Shown here: positions 1 to 9,188 of the stretch, one piece after another
How the letters are laid out: every line of letters begins with the position of its first letter
Position numbering within the stretch: position 1 is the stretch's first letter
Source of the DNA: Candidatus Omnitrophota bacterium
GTDB taxonomy: Bacteria; Omnitrophota; Gorgyraeia; Duberdicusellales; 4484-171
Direction of reading: 5' to 3'
Length of the DNA: 64,000 bases
Assembly (NCBI GenBank): GCA_024231025.1
Contig: JAAEQW010000256.1
Span: 2,954-66,953 of the forward strand
Program-made: the position numbers and the translations under genes
Notes under the pieces: model-generated
Told to the model about the DNA's origin: nothing
What the model saw: the letters and a program-made list of their open reading frames with translations, nothing else
The model's database searches: none

Positions 1-825
1 TCGCGCTTTATTTATAAATTTCTTATTGATTTGGGGGTGGTTGAAACTAATTTTCCGGAGCCATTTAAAAGATTGTTTACTCAGGGGATGATTGTAAAAG
101 ACGGCGCAAAAATGTCAAAGTCAAAAGGCAATGTTGTTGCTCCGGATTATATACTTGAGAAATATGGGTGCGACACGATGCGCTTATATATTCTCTTTAT
201 GGGGCCACCCGAAAAAGATGCCGAATGGCAGGATGAGGGCTTGCAAGGGTGCCGGCGTTTTATCCAACGCGTTCTTCGTCTTGTAGATATTCTTTCTGAG
301 TATAAGGCCCCAGACGAAGGCGAGCTTAGAACCTGTGAAAAAGAATTGTTACGCAAGATTCATTCAACAATAAAATCAGTTACTGTCGACTTAGAAGGAA
401 GTTTTCAATTTAATACCGCGATAAGTAGGATTATGGAGCTTGTCAACCAAACGTATAAAAGTATTGGCGACGGCAAGTTGAGAAAAAATATTTTAAAGCA
501 GTCAGTCGAAACCATATCTTTATTGCTTGCGCCGTTTACTCCCCATGTTAGCGAAGAGATAAATGCCTCTTTCGGAAATAAATTTTCAATTTTTTCTAAA
601 ACTTGGCCAAAATTTGAGGAAAAATATTTATATCAAGAGGAAATTGAATTAGCTGTTTTATTAAATGGTAAAGTACGCGGGAAGCTAATGGTTAATGCCA
701 ATTCTAGCGAAGAAGAAATTCAGGCAAAGGCAATTAAGCTAGAAAAAGTTAAGACCATTCTTAATGGTCGGCCCGCCAAAAAAATAATTTATGTTCCCGG
801 TAAAATCGTTAACATAGTTGGTTAA
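1..825 (+). CDS. leuS: Leucyl-tRNA synthetase, C-terminal part; the reading frame is open from base 1, so the 5' end lies outside the window
   Basis: Class I aaRS KMSKS motif (KMSKSKGNVV) followed by an anticodon-binding/editing C-terminal region. Conserved leuS-lptE-holA gene order downstream. Confidence 0.85.
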   Translation, partial: SRFIYKFLIDLGVVETNFPEPFKRLFTQGMIVKDGAKMSKSKGNVVAPDYILEKYGCDTMRLYILFMGPPEKDAEWQDEGLQGCRRFIQRVLRLVDILSEYKAPDEGELRTCEKELLRKIHSTIKSVTVDLEGSFQFNTAISRIMELVNQTYKSIGDGKLRKNILKQSVETISLLLAPFTPHVSEEINASFGNKFSIFSKTWPKFEEKYLYQEEIELAVLLNGKVRGKLMVNANSSEEEIQAKAIKLEKVKTILNGRPAKKIIYVPGKIVNIVG

Positions 826-1146
826 ATGCTGCATCTTACTCTCAACGAACGTAAAGCTCTTTTATGCATTGGGCTTATTATTCTCGTTGGCGCTGGTTTA
901 AGGCAAATCAAAAAACATCCTCTTCCAGTACAATCCTCCCAAATGCAACAAGAGACAACGCTAAACATAAACAGCGCATCGCATCAACAATTGCAAAGCT
1001 TGCCCGGTGTTGGTCCGGCAATCGCCCTTGCTATAATTCAATACCGCAGTCAGAATGGGCCTTTTGCCGGATACCAAGATTTAAAAAATGTAAAAGGAAT
1101 CGGCGACAAAAAAATAGAATCAATTAAAGACTTGGTTGTTTTCTAA
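826..1146 (+). CDS. comEA: ComEA-like helix-hairpin-helix DNA-binding competence protein
   Basis: N-terminal hydrophobic anchor and C-terminal tandem HhH motif (LPGVGPAIALAIIQYR...LKNVKGIGDKKIESIKD). Start codon abuts the leuS stop. Confidence 0.75.
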   Translation: MLHLTLNERKALLCIGLIILVGAGLRQIKKHPLPVQSSQMQQETTLNINSASHQQLQSLPGVGPAIALAIIQYRSQNGPFAGYQDLKNVKGIGDKKIESIKDLVVF

Positions 1147-1205
1147 AATACGGCCAAAGGCATATCCACTTTAATATGACATTAAATATGGATAATTGCC
1201 ATATA

Positions 1206-1234
1206 TTGACATAATATTGTTTGTGATGTAAAAT
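1206..1234 (+). promoter_or_regulatory. Sigma70-type promoter TTGACA-17-TAAAAT ending 9 nt before the comEC ATG, implying a leaderless transcript
   Basis: ttgaca (1206-1211), 17-nt spacer, taaaat (1229-1234). No Shine-Dalgarno before the ATG at 1244. Confidence 0.5.
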
Positions 1235-1243
1235 GTCTGGCAA

Positions 1244-2668
1244 ATGGCCCCCCTTTTTTTTGTTAGCTTTGGCTTAGGTATTGTTTTAGGGTTTTATTTT
1301 TCTAATTTTTGGTTGTTTGTTGGTGTCGCGGTGATTTGTATGTTTTTTGTAGGGGCGAAAAATCTTTCGCCCCTACGTTCAGATATTTTTATTTTATTGT
1401 TATTTATTTGTCTTGGTGCGGTTTGGGCGATTCCGGTGATAAAACAAAGTCGTGTTATTGATGATCTTGTAGGGACGCGATTTATCGCGTCCTCAAATAT
1501 CTGCCCGATAGCCATTAAAATCATCACCATTCCGCAACAAAAATCTACCCGTAATACCTGTTATGCTATTATAAGAGCAATTCATGAATTGCCCCTACAA
1601 AAAAAGGTTAAGGTTTTTGATTATACCCGCCAATTAGAATATTTACGCACATATAGAGTAGGGGTCGATGGCGTCGGTCCTAAATATAAAATATCCTGCC
1701 GCAACTACCAGGGCCGTCCTTTTTATACTCTTTGGATTAAAAAAGATGCCGCCATTAAATCACTACCTTCATCATTTTGGAATAAGTGCGCTATAGCGGC
1801 TACAAATTATACGATGTCGGTTTTTAAAAACAATCTTAGTGACCAGGCTTATCGTTTTATGTCTTCAGTTTTTTTGGGCCGTAGAGAATTATTAGGTAAT
1901 GATAAAGAAGTGTTCATAAACGCAGGGGTTGCCCATCTTCTTGCGATAAGTGGTTTGCACATGGGGATTACGACGCTAGCAGTATTTTTTATTTTAGGGG
2001 TGTTGGGAATAAAATTTAGGAGCAAGCTGTTGATTTCGCTTGTCTTTCTTTGTTCGTATACGATCATTACTGGCGCAAGCGCAAGTTCGGTTAGGGCGGT
2101 AGCTATGTATGCTGTATTTGTTTTTGGATTTTTTTTACAAAGAAAAGTAAGTTCCTTTAATTCTTTAAGCTTGGCGGGGTTGATTTCGCTGGTGATTAAT
2201 CCGATGGTCTTATTCGAAGTGGGGTTTCAGCTTTCTTTTTTGGCCGTTTTTTCTTTGATTATCGGATATGAAATATTTCATCCGAAAACTATAAAGCCAG
2301 TAGTTGCAAATTACATACGACAAATCATTTTTTCTTCCACTTGCGTCGCACTATTTACGGCACCTCTAATAGCATACTATTTTGGCAGGGTTTATTTAAT
2401 GTCTATTTTGTACAATGTTGCGCTAATCCCTTATTTTGCAATGATTTTAACAATAAATTTTGTAATGATTGTTTTGTCTCCGATAACATTTTTTGCTCAA
2501 TCATTGGGGGTGGTTCTTTCTTGGTTGGTTTCAGGTTTTATTATGTTGACAGGTTTTCTTGGCGGTGGAAAATTTTCTTTTTTTCATTTTCGGGCCACAG
2601 TAGCTCAGCTGATTGCTTTTTATTTTTTGCTGATTTTGCTGATTTTTAAAAAAACACGAACGGTTTGA
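1244..2668 (+). CDS. comEC: ComEC/Rec2 family competence channel protein (competence domain only, 474 aa)
   Basis: Polytopic membrane protein with the ComEC signature HLLAISGLHMGI. Adjacent to comEA. Confidence 0.75.
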   Translation: MAPLFFVSFGLGIVLGFYFSNFWLFVGVAVICMFFVGAKNLSPLRSDIFILLLFICLGAVWAIPVIKQSRVIDDLVGTRFIASSNICPIAIKIITIPQQKSTRNTCYAIIRAIHELPLQKKVKVFDYTRQLEYLRTYRVGVDGVGPKYKISCRNYQGRPFYTLWIKKDAAIKSLPSSFWNKCAIAATNYTMSVFKNNLSDQAYRFMSSVFLGRRELLGNDKEVFINAGVAHLLAISGLHMGITTLAVFFILGVLGIKFRSKLLISLVFLCSYTIITGASASSVRAVAMYAVFVFGFFLQRKVSSFNSLSLAGLISLVINPMVLFEVGFQLSFLAVFSLIIGYEIFHPKTIKPVVANYIRQIIFSSTCVALFTAPLIAYYFGRVYLMSILYNVALIPYFAMILTINFVMIVLSPITFFAQSLGVVLSWLVSGFIMLTGFLGGGKFSFFHFRATVAQLIAFYFLLILLIFKKTRTV

Positions 2669-2693
2669 CAAAAACCCTTTATTTTGATATATT
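2665..2693 (+). promoter_or_regulatory. Sigma70-type promoter TTGACA-17-TATATT ending 7 nt before the ATG at 2701 (leaderless candidate)
   Basis: ttgaca 2665-2670, tatatt 2688-2693. The ORF-tracker start at 2665 is a TTG inside the -35 element. Confidence 0.5.
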
Positions 2694-2700
2694 TTCTCCT

Positions 2701-3642
2701 ATGAAAAGAATATGTTTTGCCCTAATTTTTTGCTTTTTTTCGATTAATAGCTACGCTTTTTGGATTTGGTCACCTAAAACAAATGAATGGAAAAATCCTG
2801 GCTATTCACCCGCTGCGACTCCGACCTTGCAGTATGAGGCGGCACTAAAGAAGTTTAAAGCTAATCAATACAAGAAGTCTTATGGAGAATTTCGCAAAAT
2901 TCTTGCGCATTATCCTGAAGCAAAAGAAGCTGCTGAGAGCCAGTATTATCTTGGCAGGTGCTTAGAAGAACTAAAAAAACCTTATGCCGCTTTTTCGCAG
3001 TATAAAAAGGTTATAGATAGCTACCCTAATAGCAAAAGAATAAATGAGATAGTCCAGCGCATAAATGATATCGGTGATTTTTACCTAAACCGCAAAAGAA
3101 AGAAAATGCTCGGAGTATCCGTTTATGATTTTGTTGAACATCCTGCAATTGAAATTTTTTCCTATCTTATTGATAAGATGCCTTATTCAGAGTATGCTCC
3201 AGACGCTCAGTATAGGTTGGGTATGCTTTTTTTTCAAATGAACCGTTACGATGAAGCGGGAGAAGCTTTTCAAAAGATTATCGATAATTATCCCAATAGC
3301 GAATGGTTTGCTCCTTCAAAATATCAACTTGCTCAGGCAACCGCGAAAGGTTCTTACGGAGAGGATTACGATTCGACTTCGATCAATGACGCTACCGCTC
3401 GCTTAGACGAGTTCATTAGCAGCCATCCCGATGCTCAAATTGCTCCTCAAGCGGCCGAACAGCTTAAGGAATTACGAAATCAGGAGGCCAAGAAAAATTT
3501 TGATGTCGGTCGTTTTTATGAGATTCAGAAAAAGTATGAAGCTGCCAAAATGTATTATGAAATTGTTGCAAACAGTTATTCCGATAGCGAATATGTTCAA
3601 AGAGCGCAAAAAGGGATAAAAAGGGTAAATGCACGACAATGA
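2701..3642 (+). CDS. TPR-repeat outer-membrane lipoprotein-like protein (BamD/YfiO-like)
   Basis: Signal peptide (MKRICFALIFCFFSINSYA) followed by tandem TPR-like repeats (YYLGRCL..., YRLGMLFFQMNRYDEAGEAFQKIIDNYPNS). Stop overlaps the next start (ATGA). Confidence 0.5.
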   Translation: MKRICFALIFCFFSINSYAFWIWSPKTNEWKNPGYSPAATPTLQYEAALKKFKANQYKKSYGEFRKILAHYPEAKEAAESQYYLGRCLEELKKPYAAFSQYKKVIDSYPNSKRINEIVQRINDIGDFYLNRKRKKMLGVSVYDFVEHPAIEIFSYLIDKMPYSEYAPDAQYRLGMLFFQMNRYDEAGEAFQKIIDNYPNSEWFAPSKYQLAQATAKGSYGEDYDSTSINDATARLDEFISSHPDAQIAPQAAEQLKELRNQEAKKNFDVGRFYEIQKKYEAAKMYYEIVANSYSDSEYVQRAQKGIKRVNARQ

Positions 3643-4163
3643 TTAAATTGTTTTTTTTGACCATACTAGTCTTAAATTTATATGGTTGTGGCTACTCTAC
3701 GATGGCGTCATCTTATAGTGAAAATAAAATCTTTATCGTTCCGGTAGAGAATAAAGTCAATATTACTTCTGAGGCGAGAAATTATTCCAACTACAATAGC
3801 TTTCCTCTTTTATTGGAGAAGAAGCTGACCAATTCATTAGTTAACCAATTCAACACTGATGGCCATTTTAAAGTTGTAAGCACCCAAGATGAGGCCCTGG
3901 TTCTTGAGTGTAAAGTTGATAATTATGAAAAAACTGCCCTTCGCTATACTGACAGCGACGATGTCAAGGAGCAGCGGTTAAGATTGCGTGTTACTGTTAA
4001 GCTTAGTGATTCTTCAGGCGCAATGCTTGATACTAAAAAAGTGGTTGGGCAAACTAGCTATTTTCTTTCAGGACCAAACAGAAAAAGCGAAGCAGCCGCT
4101 CAAGTTGAGTTGATCGAAGATACCGTAAGAAGAATATCTGAGGTAGTAGTAGAACGGTGGTAA
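3639..4163 (+). CDS. Lipoprotein, LptE-like (LPS assembly) candidate
   Basis: Lipobox-like LNLYGCGYS and a size of about 170 aa. Its position between leuS and a holA-like gene mirrors the conserved leuS-lptE-holA order of Proteobacteria. Confidence 0.4.
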   Translation: MIKLFFLTILVLNLYGCGYSTMASSYSENKIFIVPVENKVNITSEARNYSNYNSFPLLLEKKLTNSLVNQFNTDGHFKVVSTQDEALVLECKVDNYEKTALRYTDSDDVKEQRLRLRVTVKLSDSSGAMLDTKKVVGQTSYFLSGPNRKSEAAAQVELIEDTVRRISEVVVERW

Positions 4164-4245
4164 AAATTATTATACTCTGAATGCGGATTCATGCTGATAG
4201 TTTAATCTTTGCGTGTATCCGTTTTTTTTATACCCATTTATTATA

Positions 4246-4932
4246 ATGACTGTTAGAGAAAGACTTTTTTTAGTTGCAGGAACAAATTTTACACAGCGTA
4301 AACTTGCTATCGATAATATAAAGAAAAAAATACTTAAAGGCAAAGATGCTTCGTTTAATATTTTCACATTTTACGGTAAGGAAGTTAGCCTTAAATCTTT
4401 ACAGGAGAAGATTTTTACTTTTTCTTTTGATAAAGAAAGGGCAGTAGTTTTTAAAAACGCTGATTTATTGCCTAAGGAGATCAAGGGTTTTCTTTTTCAA
4501 GATATTAAAAGGGTGCTTTTAACAACGCATGTTATTTTGGAAATTGAAAAAGACTATAGTGCTTTTGCGAAAGAGAAGAAAACCACATCTAATGAATTTT
4601 TCAGCTTTGCTTTAAAGAACGCGTGTATTTTTAAAATTGGCTCAATGCGTGTTGCGGCGACGATTGATGATTTTAGAATGAGCTTGCGTAGGAATGATCT
4701 ACAATCAGCCTTATACAGTTTAGATGGCCTGTTTAATAATCGGAATCAAGGCAGAGATCTGGGCCCTTTGATCTTAGGAATTCTTGTTAGCAAGATATCA
4801 TATCTTTATGAATCAAAAAACAAAAATCGATATTTTAAATATCTCTGGCAAGCCGATAGGGCCATAAAAGAAAAGGGCATAGAAGCCCGGCTTGCTATTG
4901 AAGTGCTTTTGGTGAAATTGCTTAAGACTTAG
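4246..4932 (+). CDS. DNA polymerase III delta subunit-like protein (HolA-like), short form
   Basis: Assigned by synteny (after the lptE-like gene, before rpsT) plus weak N-terminal resemblance (RLFLVAGTNF...). The tracker start at 4213 is GTG; ATG at 4246 is preferred. Confidence 0.35.
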   Translation: MTVRERLFLVAGTNFTQRKLAIDNIKKKILKGKDASFNIFTFYGKEVSLKSLQEKIFTFSFDKERAVVFKNADLLPKEIKGFLFQDIKRVLLTTHVILEIEKDYSAFAKEKKTTSNEFFSFALKNACIFKIGSMRVAATIDDFRMSLRRNDLQSALYSLDGLFNNRNQGRDLGPLILGILVSKISYLYESKNKNRYFKYLWQADRAIKEKGIEARLAIEVLLVKLLKT

Positions 4933-5188
4933 TTTTTTTGAGTAGTGCGCTAAGGCGACTCTTTTTTCTTGCAGCTTTGTTAGGGTGGATCACCTTTTTA
5001 GATGCTGCCCTGTCTAGCATCTTGTAAACGTTCTTCAAGCTTTCCTGGCTGTCGTCGCTTTTTTTGCTTTCAACTACCTTTTTAAGGGTTTTGACAGCAG
5101 TTTTAATCTTTTTTTTCGTTACCAGGTTTCTTTGGCGTCTTTTTACTGTTTTTCTTAGTTCTTTTTTGGCTGTTCTTCTTTGTGGCAT
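4922..5188 (-). CDS. rpsT: 30S ribosomal protein S20
   Basis: 88-aa Lys/Arg-rich protein with the S20 N-terminus (MPQRRTAKKELRKTVKRRQRN). Divergent from murJ, as in E. coli. Confidence 0.85.
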   Translation of the reverse strand: MPQRRTAKKELRKTVKRRQRNLVTKKKIKTAVKTLKKVVESKKSDDSQESLKNVYKMLDRAASKKVIHPNKAARKKSRLSALLKKTKS

Positions 5189-5279
5189 AATTACTCCTTG
5201 TTTACCTCGTCAAAACCTAGTTTTTCACGTGGTTTATTTAAGGATTTTATAGGAATCGTAATGAAAAGTCAAGCGTTTT

Positions 5280-6833
5280 ATGTTTAAAAAAATTATTAAA
5301 AATACCTCCATTTTGAGTCTGGGAACACTTATTTCTCGGGTTTTGGGGCTGGTGCGTCTTGTTCTAATATCTAATTTCTTTGGTACAGGAGCAATTTTAG
5401 AAGCTTTTATAGTGGCTTTTCGCCTTCCGAATCTTTTTCGTAGTGTATTTGGAGAGGGTTTTGGTGATGCGGTAGCAGTTCCGGTTCTTTCTGAATATCA
5501 AGACGATAAAGAAGAATTGTTTAAGATTGGCAACCATTTGATCTCACTTTTTACTGTAGTTTTATTAATTACAAGTTTGCTTGGTATGATTTTCGGCAAG
5601 TATTTAGTATCATTGATCGCTCCAGGTTTTATCGCCGATGGTGAAAAGTTTGCTTTGGCGGTGTCTTTTACTAGGATAACTTTTTTTTATCTGTTTTTTA
5701 TTGGATTGGCAGTTAATTTTACTTCAATACTTTATTCGTTGAAGAAGTTTTTTATTCCGGCGATAAACCCAGTTTTTTTAAATATTTCATTTATTATTGG
5801 CATAATATTTTTTGCTGATTCGCTACGAAAATATATACTTGTTATTTGTGTTTTAGTTGGAGGAATATTGCAGATTGTTTTCCCTTTTGTGGCGCTTAGG
5901 AGATCGGGATTTATTTTTAAATTTAGAATCAAGGAATGCTTTAAAGATAAGGTTATTTTGCGGATGGTAAAATTATTTTTACCCCGAGTTTGGTCGAGCG
6001 TAATCTACCATTTAAGTGTGATTGTTGACACGGTGTTTTCTTCATTAAGTGTGATTGTTGGGGTTGGGGCATTGGCGGCAATTACTTATGCCAATGTTTT
6101 GATACAATTGCCACTTGCTCTAATTGTTTTGCCGCTTACGCGCGTTGCGATTGTTGATTTATCTCTATATCACAAGCAATCTAAGATGGATGATTTTAAA
6201 AAGCTTTTTGTTTTTTCTTTTCAAAATATTGTTTTTTTCGTTGTGCCGATTACATTTGTTTTTCTTTTTTTATCAGAAGGCATAATCGATGTTCTTTTTA
6301 AAAGAGGTGAATTCGACGCACATTCTTTGGCGATTACTTCTTCGGTGTTTTTTTTCTATTCCTTTGGTTTATTTTTCTTTTGCATGACAAAGCTTTTTGT
6401 TAGCGCCTTTTACGCGCTTAAGAATACCGCAATCCCCGCTAAATTGGCGGCGCTATCACTGGTTGTTAATGTGATTTTAAGCGCAGCGCTGATGTTTCAT
6501 TTACGAATTGGCGGTGTAGCCCTTGCTAGTAGTTTAGCTGCAGTGTTTAATTGCTTTCTATTGTATAAGTGTTTGCTAAAACAAATTGGAGCTATTGATT
6601 GGCAAAACACCCCAGCGCAATTTGTAAAAGTAGTCGTGATCAGTCTTATGATTGGTTTTTTTTCAAAGATGCTTTGGGGCATTTTGCCTTGGAATAAATA
6701 TATTAATATGAGTGCGATTTTTATTATTGATGTATGTTTATTTTTTAGTAGTGGAATGATTTTTGGTTTGGGGCAGGCCGATTACTTAAAGAAGTGGCTA
6801 TTGAGGGCATGTAATTGCGAAGCTAAAACATAA
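5280..6833 (+). CDS. murJ: Lipid II flippase MurJ (MviN)
   Basis: 14-TM MOP-superfamily protein with the typical MurJ N-terminus (SILSLGTLISRVLGLVRLVLISNFFG). Conserved rpsT-murJ adjacency. Confidence 0.85.
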   Translation: MFKKIIKNTSILSLGTLISRVLGLVRLVLISNFFGTGAILEAFIVAFRLPNLFRSVFGEGFGDAVAVPVLSEYQDDKEELFKIGNHLISLFTVVLLITSLLGMIFGKYLVSLIAPGFIADGEKFALAVSFTRITFFYLFFIGLAVNFTSILYSLKKFFIPAINPVFLNISFIIGIIFFADSLRKYILVICVLVGGILQIVFPFVALRRSGFIFKFRIKECFKDKVILRMVKLFLPRVWSSVIYHLSVIVDTVFSSLSVIVGVGALAAITYANVLIQLPLALIVLPLTRVAIVDLSLYHKQSKMDDFKKLFVFSFQNIVFFVVPITFVFLFLSEGIIDVLFKRGEFDAHSLAITSSVFFFYSFGLFFFCMTKLFVSAFYALKNTAIPAKLAALSLVVNVILSAALMFHLRIGGVALASSLAAVFNCFLLYKCLLKQIGAIDWQNTPAQFVKVVVISLMIGFFSKMLWGILPWNKYINMSAIFIIDVCLFFSSGMIFGLGQADYLKKWLLRACNCEAKT

Positions 6834-7017
6834 AAAATAGCGCAATAAATTTAAAGAAGAGAATTAAAGATATGATACAATTAAGGGTGGCCGAAATTAA
6901 AGGGCGATTGCAGTAATTAAGGTGGAGACATTTTTAATCATTGCGATTAGTATTAAATCTGTGTAACCAGGTATAATTTTAGCAAAGTTGTGCCTGAAGG
7001 TTATGCCAGGAGATGAG

Positions 7018-8088
7018 ATGAATATAAGTGATATTTTAGACAAGATGATTGATGTTAATGCGTCAGACATTTTTATACGAACGGGTAGTCCCCTAAGGGG
7101 CAGAATTAGTTCTTATGTAGAAACGCTTGGTGATGAAGTGTTTACTAAAGAGGAGATTGAGAAAGCGGTTAAAAATCTAACTGGCGAAAGAGAGAAGGAA
7201 AACCTAAAGAGAGACTTGAGCTGTGAGTTTGCTTTTTACCACAAAGAGCATTGGCGATTTCGTGTTGGCGTATTTTATCAGCGAGAAAGTCTTGCGATGG
7301 TTATTCGGAAAATTGACTTGCGTGTTCCCACGTTTGAAGACTTAGGTTTACCTGCCGGTGTGTTAGAAAGATTTTGTGTGGAAAGGCGAGGGTTTGTGCT
7401 TCTTACTGGCATAACTGGCAGCGGAAAGTCTACAACTATTGCTAGCATGATTGAGTACATGAACGAAAACTACAGTAAGCATATTTTGGCGATTGAAGAA
7501 CCGATTGAATTTACATTTGACGATAAAAAAGCTTTGATTAATCAGCGCGAGATCGGCACAGATGTTTTAAGCTATAACGATGCGCTTCGGCAATTTGCGT
7601 TGCATTCCCCAGACGTTATATACATAGGCAACATCCGCGATGCCGATACTTGCCATGCGGCTCTTACTGCGGCTGAAACGGGGGTATTGGTTCTTTCAAC
7701 TATTCACACAGTGAATGCTCCATCTACGGTTGAAAGGATAATAAATTTTTTTCCACCTCATCAGCATCACTTAGTTTTGAATCAGTTGTCATCTTTGCTT
7801 AAAGGTGTTATTTCTTTGCGATTGGTTCCTAAGGCTGATGGATCAGGCTTAGTTCCTGCTTATGAGGTGATGAGTTTAAGCCCATCAGTATCACGGCTCA
7901 TAAGGGAAAATAAAATTTGGGAAATATATAAATATATTGAAAAGGGTGATGTCTACGGTATGACTAGCTTTAAACAGTGCTTGCTGAAGCTTGTTGAAGA
8001 AGATGCAATTACTGCTGATGTTGCCTTGGAATATGCTGATAAAAGAGAAGAGCTTGAAATGGAGCTTCGTAATAAAGGATTTATGTAG
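7018..8088 (+). CDS. pilT: Type IV pilus retraction ATPase PilT/PilU family
   Basis: N-terminus ASDIFIRTGSP, Walker A GITGSGKSTT, and secretion-ATPase Asp/His boxes. AGGAG lies 5 nt before the ATG at 7018; the tracker start at 6988 is TTG. Confidence 0.8.
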   Translation: MNISDILDKMIDVNASDIFIRTGSPLRGRISSYVETLGDEVFTKEEIEKAVKNLTGEREKENLKRDLSCEFAFYHKEHWRFRVGVFYQRESLAMVIRKIDLRVPTFEDLGLPAGVLERFCVERRGFVLLTGITGSGKSTTIASMIEYMNENYSKHILAIEEPIEFTFDDKKALINQREIGTDVLSYNDALRQFALHSPDVIYIGNIRDADTCHAALTAAETGVLVLSTIHTVNAPSTVERIINFFPPHQHHLVLNQLSSLLKGVISLRLVPKADGSGLVPAYEVMSLSPSVSRLIRENKIWEIYKYIEKGDVYGMTSFKQCLLKLVEEDAITADVALEYADKREELEMELRNKGFM

Positions 8089-8093
8089 TTTTA

Positions 8094-9188
8094 GTGATGG
8101 AAGAAATTGAAAAAGAGATAAATAGGCTATCCCTTGAGGTAGAAAACATAAAACAGCTTCTTAAGATCGATCAAAAGCGCGCCCGCATTAAAGAGCTGCA
8201 ATTGAGGATGTCTGAAGCTAATTTTTGGCAGGATCAAAAGGAGTCTAGCTGTGTTGTGGAGCAGCTCAAAAGCCTCAAAAGCGATGTTGATGCTTGGGAT
8301 AATCTGAGCAATAGCTTAGAAGAGTCAACGGAACTGCTTTCGCTTTCCGATGCGTCTTTAGATGATGATCTTTCTAAGGAGGTCTGCTTTTTAAGTAGTG
8401 AAGTTGAGAAGTTAAAATTGCGGATTTTATTTTCCGGAAAGTTTGATCATAGTAATGTAATCATCGAAATAAATTCCGGGGCCGGTGGGACTGAGGCGTG
8501 TGATTGGGCAGGAATGCTTTTTCGCATGTATGCGCGTTGGGCCGAGGAAAAGAAATTTAAATTTAAGGTTTTAGATGAGGTAAGAGGCGAAGAGGCCGGT
8601 GTTAAAAGCATCGTTTTTCTTATTGAAGGTGATCGTGCTTATGGAATGCTTCGTTCAGAACGAGGAGTGCATCGACTTGTGAGGATTTCTCCGTTCGATG
8701 CCAATAAACGTAGACATACTTCGTTTGCATCAGTCGATGCTATTCCTGAAGTAAAAGAGAATATTGATATTGACATAAAAGCTGAAGATTTAAGAATCGA
8801 TACTTACCGTTCGTCAGGGGCAGGGGGTCAACATGTTAATGTTACGGATTCGGCAGTGCGGATTACTCATATTCCCAGCGGGATTGTTGCCGCTTGTCAG
8901 AATGAACGGTCTCAACATCAAAATAAACAAACCGCTTTTAAAGTGCTAAAAGCAAAATTGTATGAGCTAAAAGAAAAAGCGAATAAAAAAGAAATGGAGC
9001 AGATGAGTACAGGAAAACGAAAGATTGAATGGGGTTCACAAATTCGCTCTTACGTTTTGCACCCGTATCTGATGGTTAAAGACCACCGAACGAATGAGGA
9101 AGTATCTAATGCAAAAGCAGTTTTAGATGGTAAAATAGATGCTTTTATTTACGCGTACCTTAAAAACAATGCGAGTGAGGATAACTAA
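8094..9188 (+). CDS. prfB: Peptide chain release factor 2, uninterrupted (no programmed +1 frameshift)
   Basis: GGQ motif (SGAGGQHVN) and the RF2-specific SPF tripeptide (VRISPFD). Single continuous ORF. Confidence 0.85.
   Translation: MMEEIEKEINRLSLEVENIKQLLKIDQKRARIKELQLRMSEANFWQDQKESSCVVEQLKSLKSDVDAWDNLSNSLEESTELLSLSDASLDDDLSKEVCFLSSEVEKLKLRILFSGKFDHSNVIIEINSGAGGTEACDWAGMLFRMYARWAEEKKFKFKVLDEVRGEEAGVKSIVFLIEGDRAYGMLRSERGVHRLVRISPFDANKRRHTSFASVDAIPEVKENIDIDIKAEDLRIDTYRSSGAGGQHVNVTDSAVRITHIPSGIVAACQNERSQHQNKQTAFKVLKAKLYELKEKANKKEMEQMSTGKRKIEWGSQIRSYVLHPYLMVKDHRTNEEVSNAKAVLDGKIDAFIYAYLKNNASEDN

Noticed and set aside
147-356. Numerous short ORFs (60-160 aa) nested antisense or out-of-frame inside long genes, for example 147-356, 864-1127, 1294-1530, 16363-16842, 25890-26246, 26637-27047 and 56274-56570
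   Set aside because: They are fully contained within well-supported longer CDSs. They have low-complexity or frame-shadow composition and no independent translation signals.
8094-9188. Looked for the programmed +1 frameshift site (CUU UGA C) expected near codon 25 of prfB
   Set aside because: The RF2 ORF is continuous from its start codon through the SPF and GGQ motifs. This organism has the frameshift-free form, as a minority of bacteria do.
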